DNA from: Octopus sinensis
Taxonomy: Eukaryota
Direction of reading: 5' to 3'
Length of the DNA stretch: 64,000 nucleotides
NCBI RefSeq assembly: GCF_006345805.1
Contig: NC_042997.1
Location: forward strand, 164,176,001 to 164,240,000
The position numbers were made by a program, and so were the translations under genes. Below the pieces are notes generated by a model that saw only the letters and a list, made by a program, of their open reading frames with translations, ran no database searches and was not told the DNA's origin. Positions 37,058 to 48,921 of the stretch are shown here, in pieces. The first letter of the stretch is position 1. The number at the start of each line of letters is the position of its first letter.

Positions 37058-37097
<40 letters not shown>
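36614..37097. repeat. 244-bp tandem duplication
   Basis: 36614-36857 is repeated at 36858-37097 with about 2 substitutions plus microsatellite length differences. Confidence 0.95.
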
Positions 37098-37098
<1 letters not shown>

Positions 37099-39288
37099 TG
37101 CAGAGATGCTCAAAATGTCTGGTAGTGTCGGCTATAGCCTAGTCACCCATATAGTTAATCAGGTGATACACAAAGGGGTCATACCCAATGACTGGTGTAG
37201 CAGTATAATAGTCAACTGCTACAAAGGTAAAGGTGATGCCCTAGATACAAATAACTACAGAGGTATCAAGCTGTTGGACCAGGTGATGAAGGTTACGGAG
37301 AGGGTCATAGCCCAACTAATTAGAGAGAGAGTTAGTTTTGAAGAGATGCAGTTTGGGTTTGTGCCAGGGAAAAGTACTACTGATGCTATATTCCTGGTAA
37401 GGCAGCTGCAGGAGAAATGCCTAGCCAAGATAAGCCCCTGTACCTGGCTTTTGTTGACATGGAGAAAGCCTTCGACAGGTCCCCCGATCCCTTATCTGGT
37501 GGGCAATGAGAAAACTAGGGATAGATGAATGGTTAGTGAGAGCTGTGCGGGCCATGTATAGGGACGCCGCTAGTAGGGTGAGGGTTGGAAATGAGTACAG
37601 TGAAGAATTCCGGGTAGAGGTAGGGGTCCACCAAGGCTCAGTACTCAGCCCCCTCCTATTTATCATAGTCCTCCAGGCAATAACGGAGGAATTCAAGACA
37701 GGATGCCCTTGGGAGCCCTCTATGCTGATGACCTTGCTCTAATTGCTGAGTCGCTATCAGAACTGGAGGAGAAGTTTCAGGTGTGGAAACAAGGATTAGA
37801 ATCGAAGGGCCTCAGAGTCAATCTAGCTAAAACCAAAGTCGTAATCAGTAGGAAGGTAGACAAATCACAAACACCTTCAGGTAGATGGCCCTGCTCGATC
37901 TGTAGAAAAGGTGTAGGTAGAAACTCTATAAGATGCACCAAGTGTAAGCTATGGACACATAAGAGATGCAGCAATGTCAAAGGAAGACTAACTAGGAAGA
38001 TGGTTTTTGTATGTGGCAGATGCTCAGGAACAATAAACACTGAAAATGCTCTGAGACCAACTTCCGTCACTTTCCAGGGAGAAAAACTAGAAATAGTTGA
38101 TAGTTTCCATTACCTAGGTGACCAAGTCAGCAGCGGGGGCGGGTGTGCTGAAAGTGTAACTGCTAGAGTAAGAATAGCTTGGGCAAAGTTCAGAGAGCTC
38201 TTACCTCTGCTGGTGACAAAAGGCCTCTCGCACAGAGTGAAAGGCAGACTGTATGATGCGTGTGTACGAACAGCCATGCTACATGGCTGTGAAACATGGC
38301 CGTGACTGCTGAGGATATGCGTAAGCTCGCTAGAAATGAAGCCAGTATGCTCCGATGGATGTGTAATGCCGGTACTCACACTCGGCAGAGTGTAAGTACC
38401 TTGAGAGAAAAGCTGGACCTAAGAAGCATCAGTTGTGGTGTGCAAGAGAGACGTTTGCGCTGGTATGGTCATGTGGCGAGAATGGATGAAGATAGTTGTG
38501 TGAAAAAGTGCCACACCCTAGCGGTTGAGGGAACCTGTGGAAGAGGCAGACCCAGGAAAACCTGGGACGAGGTGGTGAAGCACGACCTTCGAACTTTAGG
38601 TCTCACTGAGGAAATGACTAGAGACCGAGACCTCTGGAAGTGTGCTGTGCGCGAGAAGACCCGGCAGGACAAGTGAGTCCACAACCCGTGGCCTTCTACA
38701 TGGGATGGAGCCAGCCTACGTATGCATACCTATCCTTCTTGGGACACAAAACTCTACTTGTGAAGACGTGTTGAGGCAAGTGAGGATCAGAATCGAAATC
38801 GATCAATGGAAATTGCGGATGTGCTACCAGTGCCGGTGGCATGTCGAAACTCTGCTTGTGAAGACCCATTGAGGCAAGTGAGGATCAGAATCGAAATCGA
38901 TCAATGGAAATCGATCAATGGAAATTGCAGATGTGTTACCAGTGCCGGTGGCATGTAAGAGAACTTTCCGTTTCGCGACCGTTGCCAGCACCGCCCCGTT
39001 TCGTGTCCGTTGCCAGCCTCGCCTGGCCCTCGTGCCGGTGGCACATAAAAAGCACCATCCGTTCGTGGCCGTTTGCCAGCTCTGTCTGGCACCAGTGCGG
39101 GTGGCACGTAAAAAGCACCCACTACACTCACGGAGTGGTTGGCGTTAGGAAGGGCATCCAGCCGTAGAAACACTGCCAGATTTGACTGGGCCTGATGAAG
39201 CCTTCTGGCTTCACAGACCCCAGTAGAACCGTCCAACCCATGCTAGCATGGAAAACGGACGCTAAATGATGATGATGATGATGATGAT
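37097..39288 (+). mobile_element. RTE LINE, 5'-truncated, RT with frameshifts, long 3'UTR, (TGA)n tail
   Basis: IPNDW..YKGKGD..NYRGIKLL, QFGFVPGKSTTDAIF, GVHQGSVLSPLLF, LYADD (YADD at 37721-37732), FHYLG, LRWYGHV, GRPRKTW. Flanked by (TA)n. Confidence 0.96.
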
Positions 39289-40726
39289 ATATATATATAT
39301 ATATATTTATATATGAATAAATATATGAATAGATATGTATAAGGAAACCGTATACAATATGTTTATCAAACATATATTTATCCGCAGGTTATTTAAGAGA
39401 TTTTCTCTTTCCCCATTTATTCCTAACTGTGCTGCAGTGATACTTTTGTTATTGTATATCTGTTTGTGTGTATGCATGCGACCGTGTGTATCTGTATGTG
39501 TTTATGCATGTGTGTATATTTGTCTGTGTGTGTATGTGCGTGTGTGTGTAAGGGGAGTGATTGTGTGCATGGTGTGTAAATATATATATACAAAGACAGA
39601 TACGCATAGATATATATTATTAATTTACAGATATTTAATGTAGCTTTTGAAAAAAAAAGAAATCAATAACTAGGATCTCTTGTTATTGTTAGAAACTCTA
39701 TATTATTCATGTTTCTTCTTGCCAATGAAAGAAAAACATGTTTCGTCTTGCACTCAGAAGTTAGGTTGTATTTTACCTATGTTCATTTATGTACTAAAGT
39801 AAGTCAATATGACACACACACACACGCACACACATACACACACACATACACACACACACGCACGCACACACACACACACACACACACACAAGCAAACATA
39901 TGTATATATGCATAAATATACCCGCACACATACATATACATGTGTGCATGTATGTATATGGATGCATGCATATATATGTATGTGTATCTATATTTGTATT
40001 GATAATACAGATCTGTGTGGTTTTTATTTCTTTTGTACATATATGACAGGATTGCAACATAAATTCTTATCAAATTCCTTTTGACAAACAAACTTGAGTT
40101 GAATTGCATTCATTATCTTATGAGCTCATTGTCAGCAATCTATCAAAATAACAAGGCCCATTGACAGCAATTAAAATTATTTAATGACTTCTGCTTTTCA
40201 TGTAGATGATTTTTGTGAATTCTTTATGATAAATGCCATGTTACATCTTTTTATATCCAAGCTAATTGACTGGTTAGATCCTATAATGCCAAGGATAATC
40301 ATTAGGGTACTGTTTTGTAGGATGTCTTCAATACTAAAACCACAGGCAGTAAATGAAATGTTAATGAATTGTATACTAATGGATATGCTAATGTTAATGT
40401 TAATGATTTGTGTGGACTTTTAGTCTTGTACTAGTTTCAGTTACTGGACCAAGGCCAACGAGAGTACTGACAACTTGGGTTTCAGTCAATTATGTTGAGA
40501 GGAAAAGAAGAGATATGCACGAGATATGTATGTTGTAAATTATTTGGAGAAAGTGAGTTGCGAGAGATAGTCTTAAATAATGTGGACTCACATGATCTCC
40601 AGTCACAATTAAGTTTATCTCTGGCAAGAGATAGAACTGTAGCCTTATATAACAGAACAAGAATATTCTCAAACTTTCTACTTGTATTTTGGCATGGTCA
40701 TTGAAGTGATTCCTTTCATGTCTACC

Positions 40727-42259
40727 TCATCATCATCATCATCATCATCATCATCGTTTAACACCTATTTTCCATGCTGGCATGGGGTGGATGGTTTGAC
40801 TGAGGTCAGCCAGCAGCAGCACTCGGCTCTAATCTGATCTGGTAATGTTTCTACAGCTGGATGTCCTTCCTAACGCCAACCACTCTGAGAGTGTAGTAGG
40901 TGCTTTTTACATGTCACTAGCACAGGAGCCAGTCAGGTGGGCCTGGCAGTGATCACGTTTGGATAGTGTTTGGGGTCGATAAATTAAGTACCAGTTACGC
41001 ACTGGGGTCGATGGAATCGACTTAATACCTATGTCTGTCCTTGTTTGTCCCATCTATGTTTAGCCCCTTGTGGGTAATAAAGAAATAGGTACTGGCATCA
41101 GCCACATTTGAATGGTGCTTTTCATGTGTCATCAGCATGGGAGCCAGTCAGGTAGCCCTGGCTCCCATCATATTTCGATGGTGCTTTTTACATGCCACCA
41201 GCACGGGAGCCAGTCAGGTTGATCTGGTATCAACCACATTCAGATGATGCATTTTACATGCCACTGGAATGGGAGCTATTCAGAGGACACTGGCCACAGC
41301 TGCGATTTTGGTTTTACTTGACTCAGCAGATCTTTTCAAGCATATCATATTGCCCGATGCATCAAAGGTACTCTTCAATGGGTTGGACATGCAACACTGG
41401 CATCAGCCACGCTTGTGATCTCACTTTAGATGCCGGGTCTTTTCAATCACAGCATATCTCCAAAGGTTTTGGTCTTCTGTCATTGCATCAGTGAGGCCCA
41501 ATGTTTGAAGGTCATGCTTCACCACCTCATCTCATATCTTTCTGGGTCTACCTCTTCCACAGGTTCCTTCCACAGTTAGGGTGTGGCACTTCCTCACACA
41601 GCTGTCCTCATCCATACGTAACATATGACCATACTAGTGCAGTTGTCTCTCTTGCACCCCACATTTGATGCTTCTTATGTCCAACTCTCTCTCAGGGCAC
41701 TCACACTGTTTTGTTTGCACAGTAACATTACACATCTAGTGGATCATACTAGCTTCATTTCTTTCAAGCCTACACATGTCCTCAGCAGTCATGGCCCATG
41801 TTTCACTGCCATGTAGCATGGTAGTTCACACACATGCATCATACAGTCTACCTTTCATCCTGAGCAAGAGGCCCTTAGTTGCCAGCAGAGGTAGGAGCTC
41901 CCTGAACTTTGCCCAGGCTAATCTTATTGTAGCCACTACACTCTCAGAGCAACCACCTCAACTACAGACTTGGTCACCTAGGTAGCAGAAGCTATCAACA
42001 ACTTCTAGTTTTTACCCCTGGCATATGATGGAATCTGTTTTCTGTATATCTTCAGTATTTATTGCCCCTGTGCATCTGCCACACACAAAAACTATCTTCC
42101 CGGTTAACCTTCCTTTGATATTGCTGCAACTTTTTTGAATCCATAGCTTACACTGGGTACATTGTATGGAGTTTCTACCCACGCCTTTTCTACAGATCAA
42201 GCAGGGCCATCTACCTGAAGAGGTTTGTGATTTGTCAGCCTTCCTACTTACTAAGACTT
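40727..42259 (-). mobile_element. Older RTE LINE copy, interrupted by a SINE
   Basis: (CAT)n tail and 3'UTR repeats. ORF remnant ICRKGVGRNSIQCTQCKLWIQKSCSNIKGRL. Confidence 0.9.
40971..41090 (+). mobile_element. 5'-truncated SINE family B inside the RTE 3'UTR
   Basis: GGGGTCGATAAATTAAGTACCAGTTACGCACTGGGGTCGA..AATAAAGAAATAGG. Confidence 0.85.
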
Positions 42260-42327
42260 ATGTTTTATTATAGATACCACAAAATGTGATTGGCTGTAAT
42301 ATATTCCAGTAGATGTGTTGCTTATCT

Positions 42328-42704
42328 ACATGAGACACCTACCATATTCTGAGCGCCTTGTTTCCCTGGGCATGGATTCACTGAAGCTCCGGCATCTGGC
42401 AATGGACTTGGTAAACACCCACAAAGTTATCAACCACCTCACCAACAACAACACTGAACACCTTTTTGATCTCCATGTGTCTAACACACGTGGACATGCC
42501 TACAAAGTCAGAAAACAACACAGCTCCCATGACTTTCGGAAACATTTTTTCACGCTCAGAGTTGCTGAAGCATGGAATAAACTGCCTGCGTCAGTTGTTG
42601 ACTGCCATGACACTGCATCCTTTAAGGCCCTCATGCTTTCCGAAACTACACCTGATTATATATACACTTTAGATGAGTTGTAGTGCACCTGAGCATTGTA
42701 CACA

Positions 42705-42769
<65 letters not shown>
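42328..42769 (+). mobile_element. CR1-clade LINE 3' end with (ATT)n tail
   Basis: LPYSERLVSLGMDSLKLRHL..TRGHAYKVRKQHSSHDFRKHFFTLRVAEAWNKLP. Confidence 0.88.
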
Positions 42770-43425
42770 GAGTAGTATATTGCTTGCTGTGATAAAATGA
42801 CCAAATATGGTAATACTAGCCAACTCATTGATCCAAATCTAAACAAAGATACCATAAGCTCAATCTCAAGGGGCTATATAAAGAAATATGTTGTCTTGTT
42901 AGTGTGATTTGGAGGAAGAGGAAGTGACCAGAGTTTTTGCAGGCTCTCAGACACTAATGAAAAATATTTATCATTGAGCTAGCATATTTTTTATTTACAA
43001 CTAAGTGATGTGAGCCAGTGGGAGTTAATTGACTTTTCTACAGAGAGAACAGCTCTGATGATGGCCCATAAATCACTGAAGCAAATGTCTATGAGAAAGA
43101 AATTCTGAAATAACATCTGCCTCATTGTGAAGTCAGAGATCTTACTCTTGCTTGTTTCCGAACTACTTGACTTTGTAAGTGAGAATCTTAGCCGTGTTGT
43201 ACAAGCTATCATTGACTTTAAATTACTGCACAAGTATTGCTGACAGCCATTGTCTTTAACATCTAGGACAATATAATTTGTTTGTGGTGACCTTACTTAT
43301 TTACGAGTCAACAGCCACTTTGTATGTATGTATATATATGTGCATGCGTGTATGTCCATGCATGTATGCGCATGTGTGTGTGTGTGCAAGCAAGCATGTT
43401 TGTATGTGTATGTGTGGAAGCATGT

Positions 43426-43460
<35 letters not shown>

Positions 43461-44715
43461 CATGCACGTGTGTGCGTGCATGCACATATGTGTATGACTG
43501 TGTTCGTTTACATACAGGCTCTACAAAAATTGCTTGCTGCAAGTAGTGTTGTTGTTGTCACTTGCAGAAGGACATTTGGCTATAGAATACTGCTTCAGAA
43601 GATTTGCCCAACATATGCCAACATAAAAGCAATAATGATGAACATGATACTGTATTTCTATTTCTTATTTACAGCACCTTGCTTTATTTACTTAATAAAT
43701 ACAATACATTAAAAAAATTTTTGTGAACAAGAGAATATTCACAATAACAGCCTCTTAAATCCCCAATGCTGCAACTACTTGGAAAGTTTACTGTATTAAT
43801 AAATAAGTTTATCATCTTGAATAAGTTGTATACAATGGGGAGAAGAATAAATAACATTTCTAGACTGTCTCTTTATCTGAGACATTGAAGAAAAAATATT
43901 CGAAATTATAAAAGAATTCTTTCTTTCCCTCTCTCTCCGTCTCCCTTTCTCTCTGTCTCCCTCTCCCTCCCTCTCCCTCCTCTCTCTGATTAAGGGTCAG
44001 CCTTGATACATCAGTTTTTTTTTTCAACCTAAAGCAGACAAACTTTTTCCACCAAGGGCAAATAAACTTATCAAAATCTCAGTAACTTCACTGTATAATT
44101 TTTGCTGATGCAGACTGTCATGCCTACAACTAAATTAGTGCTAATTAAAAAACATCTCCCCTGGTTAGTAATGAGCATTATTGCATTTCCATTAATTCTG
44201 TCTCTCTTTACAAAATATTTCTGATCAAGCTAGCTTAATTGACAAGATTTCCTTTCTACAAATCAGTAAAATTTGTCAGGAATAGAAAAAGAAAGAAGAA
44301 AAACTATATATAAATAAAATAAAACCAAAAAATTGTTTTACATTTTTCTAAAAAATTTTTTTGTTTTTACCCCTAATTAATTTGTGAAAATATGAAATCA
44401 AGATTAAATGGAAAACAAAATCTTGTACAAATTTTGAAAATTCTGTCAAATTACATTCTAAGTCATTTTTAACATTTTGATTTTTTTTTCTTAAATGTTT
44501 CATCATAATTCTTCTGGCTATAAAATGGCTGTATGGTTCAGAAGTAGTTTCAGGTTTGATCTCATTGGGTTGCACCTTGGGCAAATGTCTTTTACTACAG
44601 ATCCAGGCAACCAATGCTTAGTGATTAGATTTAGTAATGGAATCTGTAAAAGCCTGTCACATATATGTATATGTATATGTGTAATATATATGCATGTATG
44701 TGGTGTGTGTATGTG

Positions 44716-44756
<41 letters not shown>

Positions 44757-45109
44757 TGTGTGTGTGTGTGTGTGTGCATGTGTGTCCATGCATGTGTGGG
44801 TGAATATTCACATTCTGCACCTTGCAATGGAAATCTTAGAGCTTTCAATGGTAAGGTTTGTTAACATAGCTCTCTACCCTTGCCAGTAAATCATCCAGTG
44901 GCCCTGTGCTTTTCATGATAAGTGGAATAAAAACTTCTCTACTTGAAATACAAGTAATGGTTAACAACAAGGACATCTGGCTGTAAAAAGCAATGCCTCA
45001 ATATGTATTCATCCAACCCATGCTAGCATTGAAAAATGTATATAAAAGCAATCAAATCAACAAACGAATAGTTATGACTATGGTTCAGCAGAAACAGTTG
45101 AATGCAGAA

Positions 45110-45151
<42 letters not shown>

Positions 45152-45829
45152 CAAACAGTATTTAGTTCTTTCCTTTTACATCCTGAATTCATATGCTGTT
45201 GTTGACTTTGACATTTCTCAATCTAGAGAAATAATATAAATTATAGAGGCTACTTCTCTCCTACAGTATATCAGATCACCTATGAGTGCTATGAATAAAG
45301 TAACATGTTTTCTTGTACAACCTGTTGCATGGTCAAGTTGTTAGTGACTAAACCAGCTGCCCCACCAAGCCTGGTGACACAGGCTGCTAGAAATCCAACA
45401 AGGCAAAAATACTTGTCAAAAGAGTTAGATGAACTTAATGTCAAGTTAGTGTATATCTAGCAGTAGCACAGGAACTTAGAAATTATGGATTTGTGTATGA
45501 TGTCGGTAGAGAAGCACCCTTTGGCTGTGGTTAAAGTTTGCCTCTAGAAAAAGGCAATATTGCATCCTCAGACACATTAGCATAATAGCATGGCAGATAC
45601 TTTTGGCTCAGCAGCCTTTGAAAGCTAAGAAAAGGACAATTTTGAGCATAACTCATCACTATCTATGAGTGTCTGAAGAGGCAAAGTCTAAAGGAGTCAG
45701 CTCTAGCAATAAATTAGGACCAAGAAGAACTCTGGTTCCAATGCCCTAAATCATTCTGAAAGAGCCTGAAGATGCAGCAACAAATGGGTTGTTTCTGAAG
45801 CCCCAATACTCAGCCATGTGGATAGGAAT

Positions 45830-46164
45830 CAGAGACCCCCTTCAGTCACGAATGACCATGCGATTGCACCTAGAAAGTTACTCTCCAAGGCACAAGTCTG
45901 GGCATGGTTGTTTATGGAAGACCAGCAATCGCCCATGCATACCAGCCTCCCCTCTCCATGCCACCGATGTCATCCAAGGGAAAGGCAAAGGAGGATACAA
46001 CTTGGCACCAGTGACGTCGCAACTCATTCCTACAGCTGAGTGAACTGGAGCAACGTGAAATTAAGTGTCTTGCTCAAGAACACAGCACGCAGCCCAGTCT
46101 GGGAGTTGAACTTCCAACCCCATGGTCATAAGTTCGATACTCTAACCACTGAGCCATGCGCCTT
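45830..46164 (-). mobile_element. Full-length tRNA SINE (family E variant)
   Basis: Minus-strand head AAGGCGCATGGCTCAGTGGTTAGAG, shared central domain, and a distinct 3' tail. Confidence 0.75.
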
Positions 46165-46299
46165 CACGGATGGGAATACTCATTCATTTAATACCCCACA
46201 AATGTGGGATATTAAATCATCACTGATATTATTGAAATGCATAGTGTATAGGTAGATTTAGTGGAGCATCAAAAAAAAATCTTGTATTTCTGTCTTTTT

Positions 46300-46620
46300 A
46301 CTAAGTTCGAATCCTTCTAAGGTCACTATTATTTTTCATCATTCTAGGGTCAATAAAATAAAGAACCAAACAGGTACTGGGGTTGATAAAAGAAAGTGCC
46401 ATTCAAATTCTATGGTTGTACTTGTACTTATAAAATAAAGTTCCAGTCAAGTGCTTGGTCAATAAAACAAAGTACCAATGAAGTACAGAGTTGATAAAAT
46501 ACAGTACCATAAAATAACAGCCAAGTATTAAGATCATAAAGTGCCAGTCAAGTACTGGGATCAAGATAATCAACTATACCATTCCTAAAATTTGAACCCA
46601 TGCACCAATGTCAGAAATTA
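46300..46620 (+). repeat. SINE-B-derived minisatellite
   Basis: About 5 degenerate repeats of GGTCAATAAAATAAAGTACCAGTCAAGTACTGG. Confidence 0.6.
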
Positions 46621-46688
46621 TAATCATTATTCAACTTAAGCAGTGCCAAATATCTTGAGAATTGTGCACTTTATTGCATGAACAGTTA

Positions 46689-46775
46689 TTTCCCAAACAA
46701 TTTGTTAGAATTTGTCAGATATTTCGCAAACAATTTGTTAGAATTTGTCAGATATTTCCCAAACAATTTGTTGGA
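46689..46775. repeat. 33-bp tandem repeat (about 2.6 copies)
   Basis: Unit TTCCCAAACAATTTGTTAGAATTTGTCAGATAT. Confidence 0.9.
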
Positions 46776-48249
46776 ATAGATAATTTTCTAGTTTTTTTTT
46801 AATACAAAAAGTATTTTTCTATGCTTGTTAGATATATGAAATTTTGTCTTATTGTATCCAACTTTATGTCAAATCTCCTAAGAATTATTAACTTATTGAC
46901 TTCAAAAGAGACTTGAATAGTTTGGGGATGAGATTTTACCACGTCTTCAATGTGAAAAATGCCAAAATTTCTACTGTAAGCTGGCAGATCTGTCAGAAAT
47001 ATGAAAATTTGGCCATTTTTTCCAGCTTAGAAAGTGTCAAATATCTTGAGAATTACTATTCACTTTGTTGCATCCAAATATACTTAACTATTTCACTTGC
47101 AGTTTTTAGAATAGATAATTTTCTCGTTTTTTCATGTGAAAATGCACAATTTTCCCAAATCCCAAAGCTGTTTGAAATTTGAAAATTTATCTCTTTTAAT
47201 GTAAAAATACTTCAGGGACCAGATTAGGATATGAGTTAAGAGAGAATTGATGGGGGTCATTATCAAAAATAGGTGGTGGGTTTCACTAGAAGTTTTTAAA
47301 AAATGAAGAAACGGCCATTTGTTTTAGCAAAGTGTTAGCTGTAGATAATAACAGACTAGAAGAGGAACTAATATGTCACTTAGAAGAGGTGCATTGAAGA
47401 GGCATTGAAAGCAATATGGTAGCGATGTGAATGACACTTGAACTTAGCTTTGAAACAAAACATGAAGGATGTATTATTCAAGCTAATGCAAAGGCACTGA
47501 AGCATCATGGCAGGGGAGTTATTCATTGAGCTTATATGGCAGACACACGACATGGCAACATAGCTAAAATTCAGTCTTTGATGAAATAGATTCCAAACAG
47601 GTATGTGTATTTTACCAATGGCTCTTTGCTAAACTGTTTTCAGTAAGTGATTACTGGCGGCAGTGAACCTTAATGCCTACCTTGATGGTTTGTTACAAGT
47701 CTTGAACAGAGTGGTAGAGTACTGCATAAAGAGATTTCAGCTGATGAAGTGCAGTATATTCTGAACCACTTAGTGAAGGGTAAATCACTTGGTTTGGAAG
47801 TTCTGTTCAATGAGATTCATTTCCACATTCTAAATTTCATTCACTATCAGCCATTTCCTGCAGCTAGCAGCAGAATGCAAGCATCTCCTGTTGAACCAAG
47901 GAGTGGTAACACTTTTGAGAAAGAACCTGAACAAGGAAAGTTTAAGACCCATAAACTACTTGTTAAAGATTTTAACAAAAATGCTTGCCAGAAGGTTGGC
48001 ATTTGTTGTTTGTTGAAGACAGGCAAACATGTGTGAGCCCTTGTAGATCTATCTATAACAATCTCTACTTCATGTAAAAAAATAGAGGTAAATTGTCAGA
48101 ATCCTTAGAACATTGGTTAGCATTTGTTCCTGCTTTTTTCAATCAGAATTCAAATCCCATTAAAATCAACTTTGCCTTTCATCCTCCCAGGGTCAATGAA
48201 ATATGATACTAAATTATAGTTATAGATTGGCAGAATTATTAGAGCATTG

Positions 48250-48430
48250 GTTTTGTCTGCCGTTACGTTCAGAGTTCAAATTCTGCCGAGGTCGACTTTG
48301 CTTTTCATCCTTTCGGGGTCGATAAATTAAGTACCAGTTATGCACTGGAGTTGATATAATTGACTTAATTCCTTTGTCTGTCCTTGCTTGTCCCCTCTAT
48401 GTTCAGACCCTTGTGGGCGATAAATAAATA
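48250..48430 (+). mobile_element. 5'-truncated SINE family B with 18-bp TSD
   Basis: TSD AGAATTATTAGAGCATTG at 48232-48249 and 48431-48448. Confidence 0.92.
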
Positions 48431-48921
48431 AGAATTATTAGAGCATTGAATAAAATTCTTTGTGGTTCTCCTTTTAGTTTTTTGCATTCTAAGCACTCTG
48501 GCAGATATAGCAAACCTGTCTGCATCTAACCAACAAAATAGTGTCTTGTAAATAATATTTGAATGACAGCAAGAAAAAAACCAACTTCATATTCTTTAAA
48601 AAAAATTCATGACCGCATCATAGTACTTGTCAATGAAGTCACCAGGGGATGTTCATTGGTCTTATGATGCAAAAAGAAAGAAGAGTGATTGAAAGGCAAT
48701 ATCAATCAAAGTGAGATATAGACTTAGAATGTAGAGGAAACAATACTGTTAAACATTTAGTCTGGTATTGCTTTTATTTTGTCAAAGGAGATAGGGTGTC
48801 ATCCTGATAATTTCCAGAGCTACCAAGACAGATGGGAGGATAGGAGAAAATTATTCTCAGACCAGTGATCTGACCTGAATTCTTACACTGAGTGCACTGA
48901 GCTAAAGACATTACTCTAAAC

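Noticed and set aside
38830-39125. Repeat-spacer pattern resembling a CRISPR array
   Set aside because: It lies in a eukaryotic LINE 3'UTR, the repeats are degenerate, the spacers are related to each other, and there are no cas genes.
10724-44889. Numerous YIYI/HTHT/CVCV/LSIY ORFs
   Set aside because: Artefacts of (TA)n, (CA)n and (GATA)n repeats.
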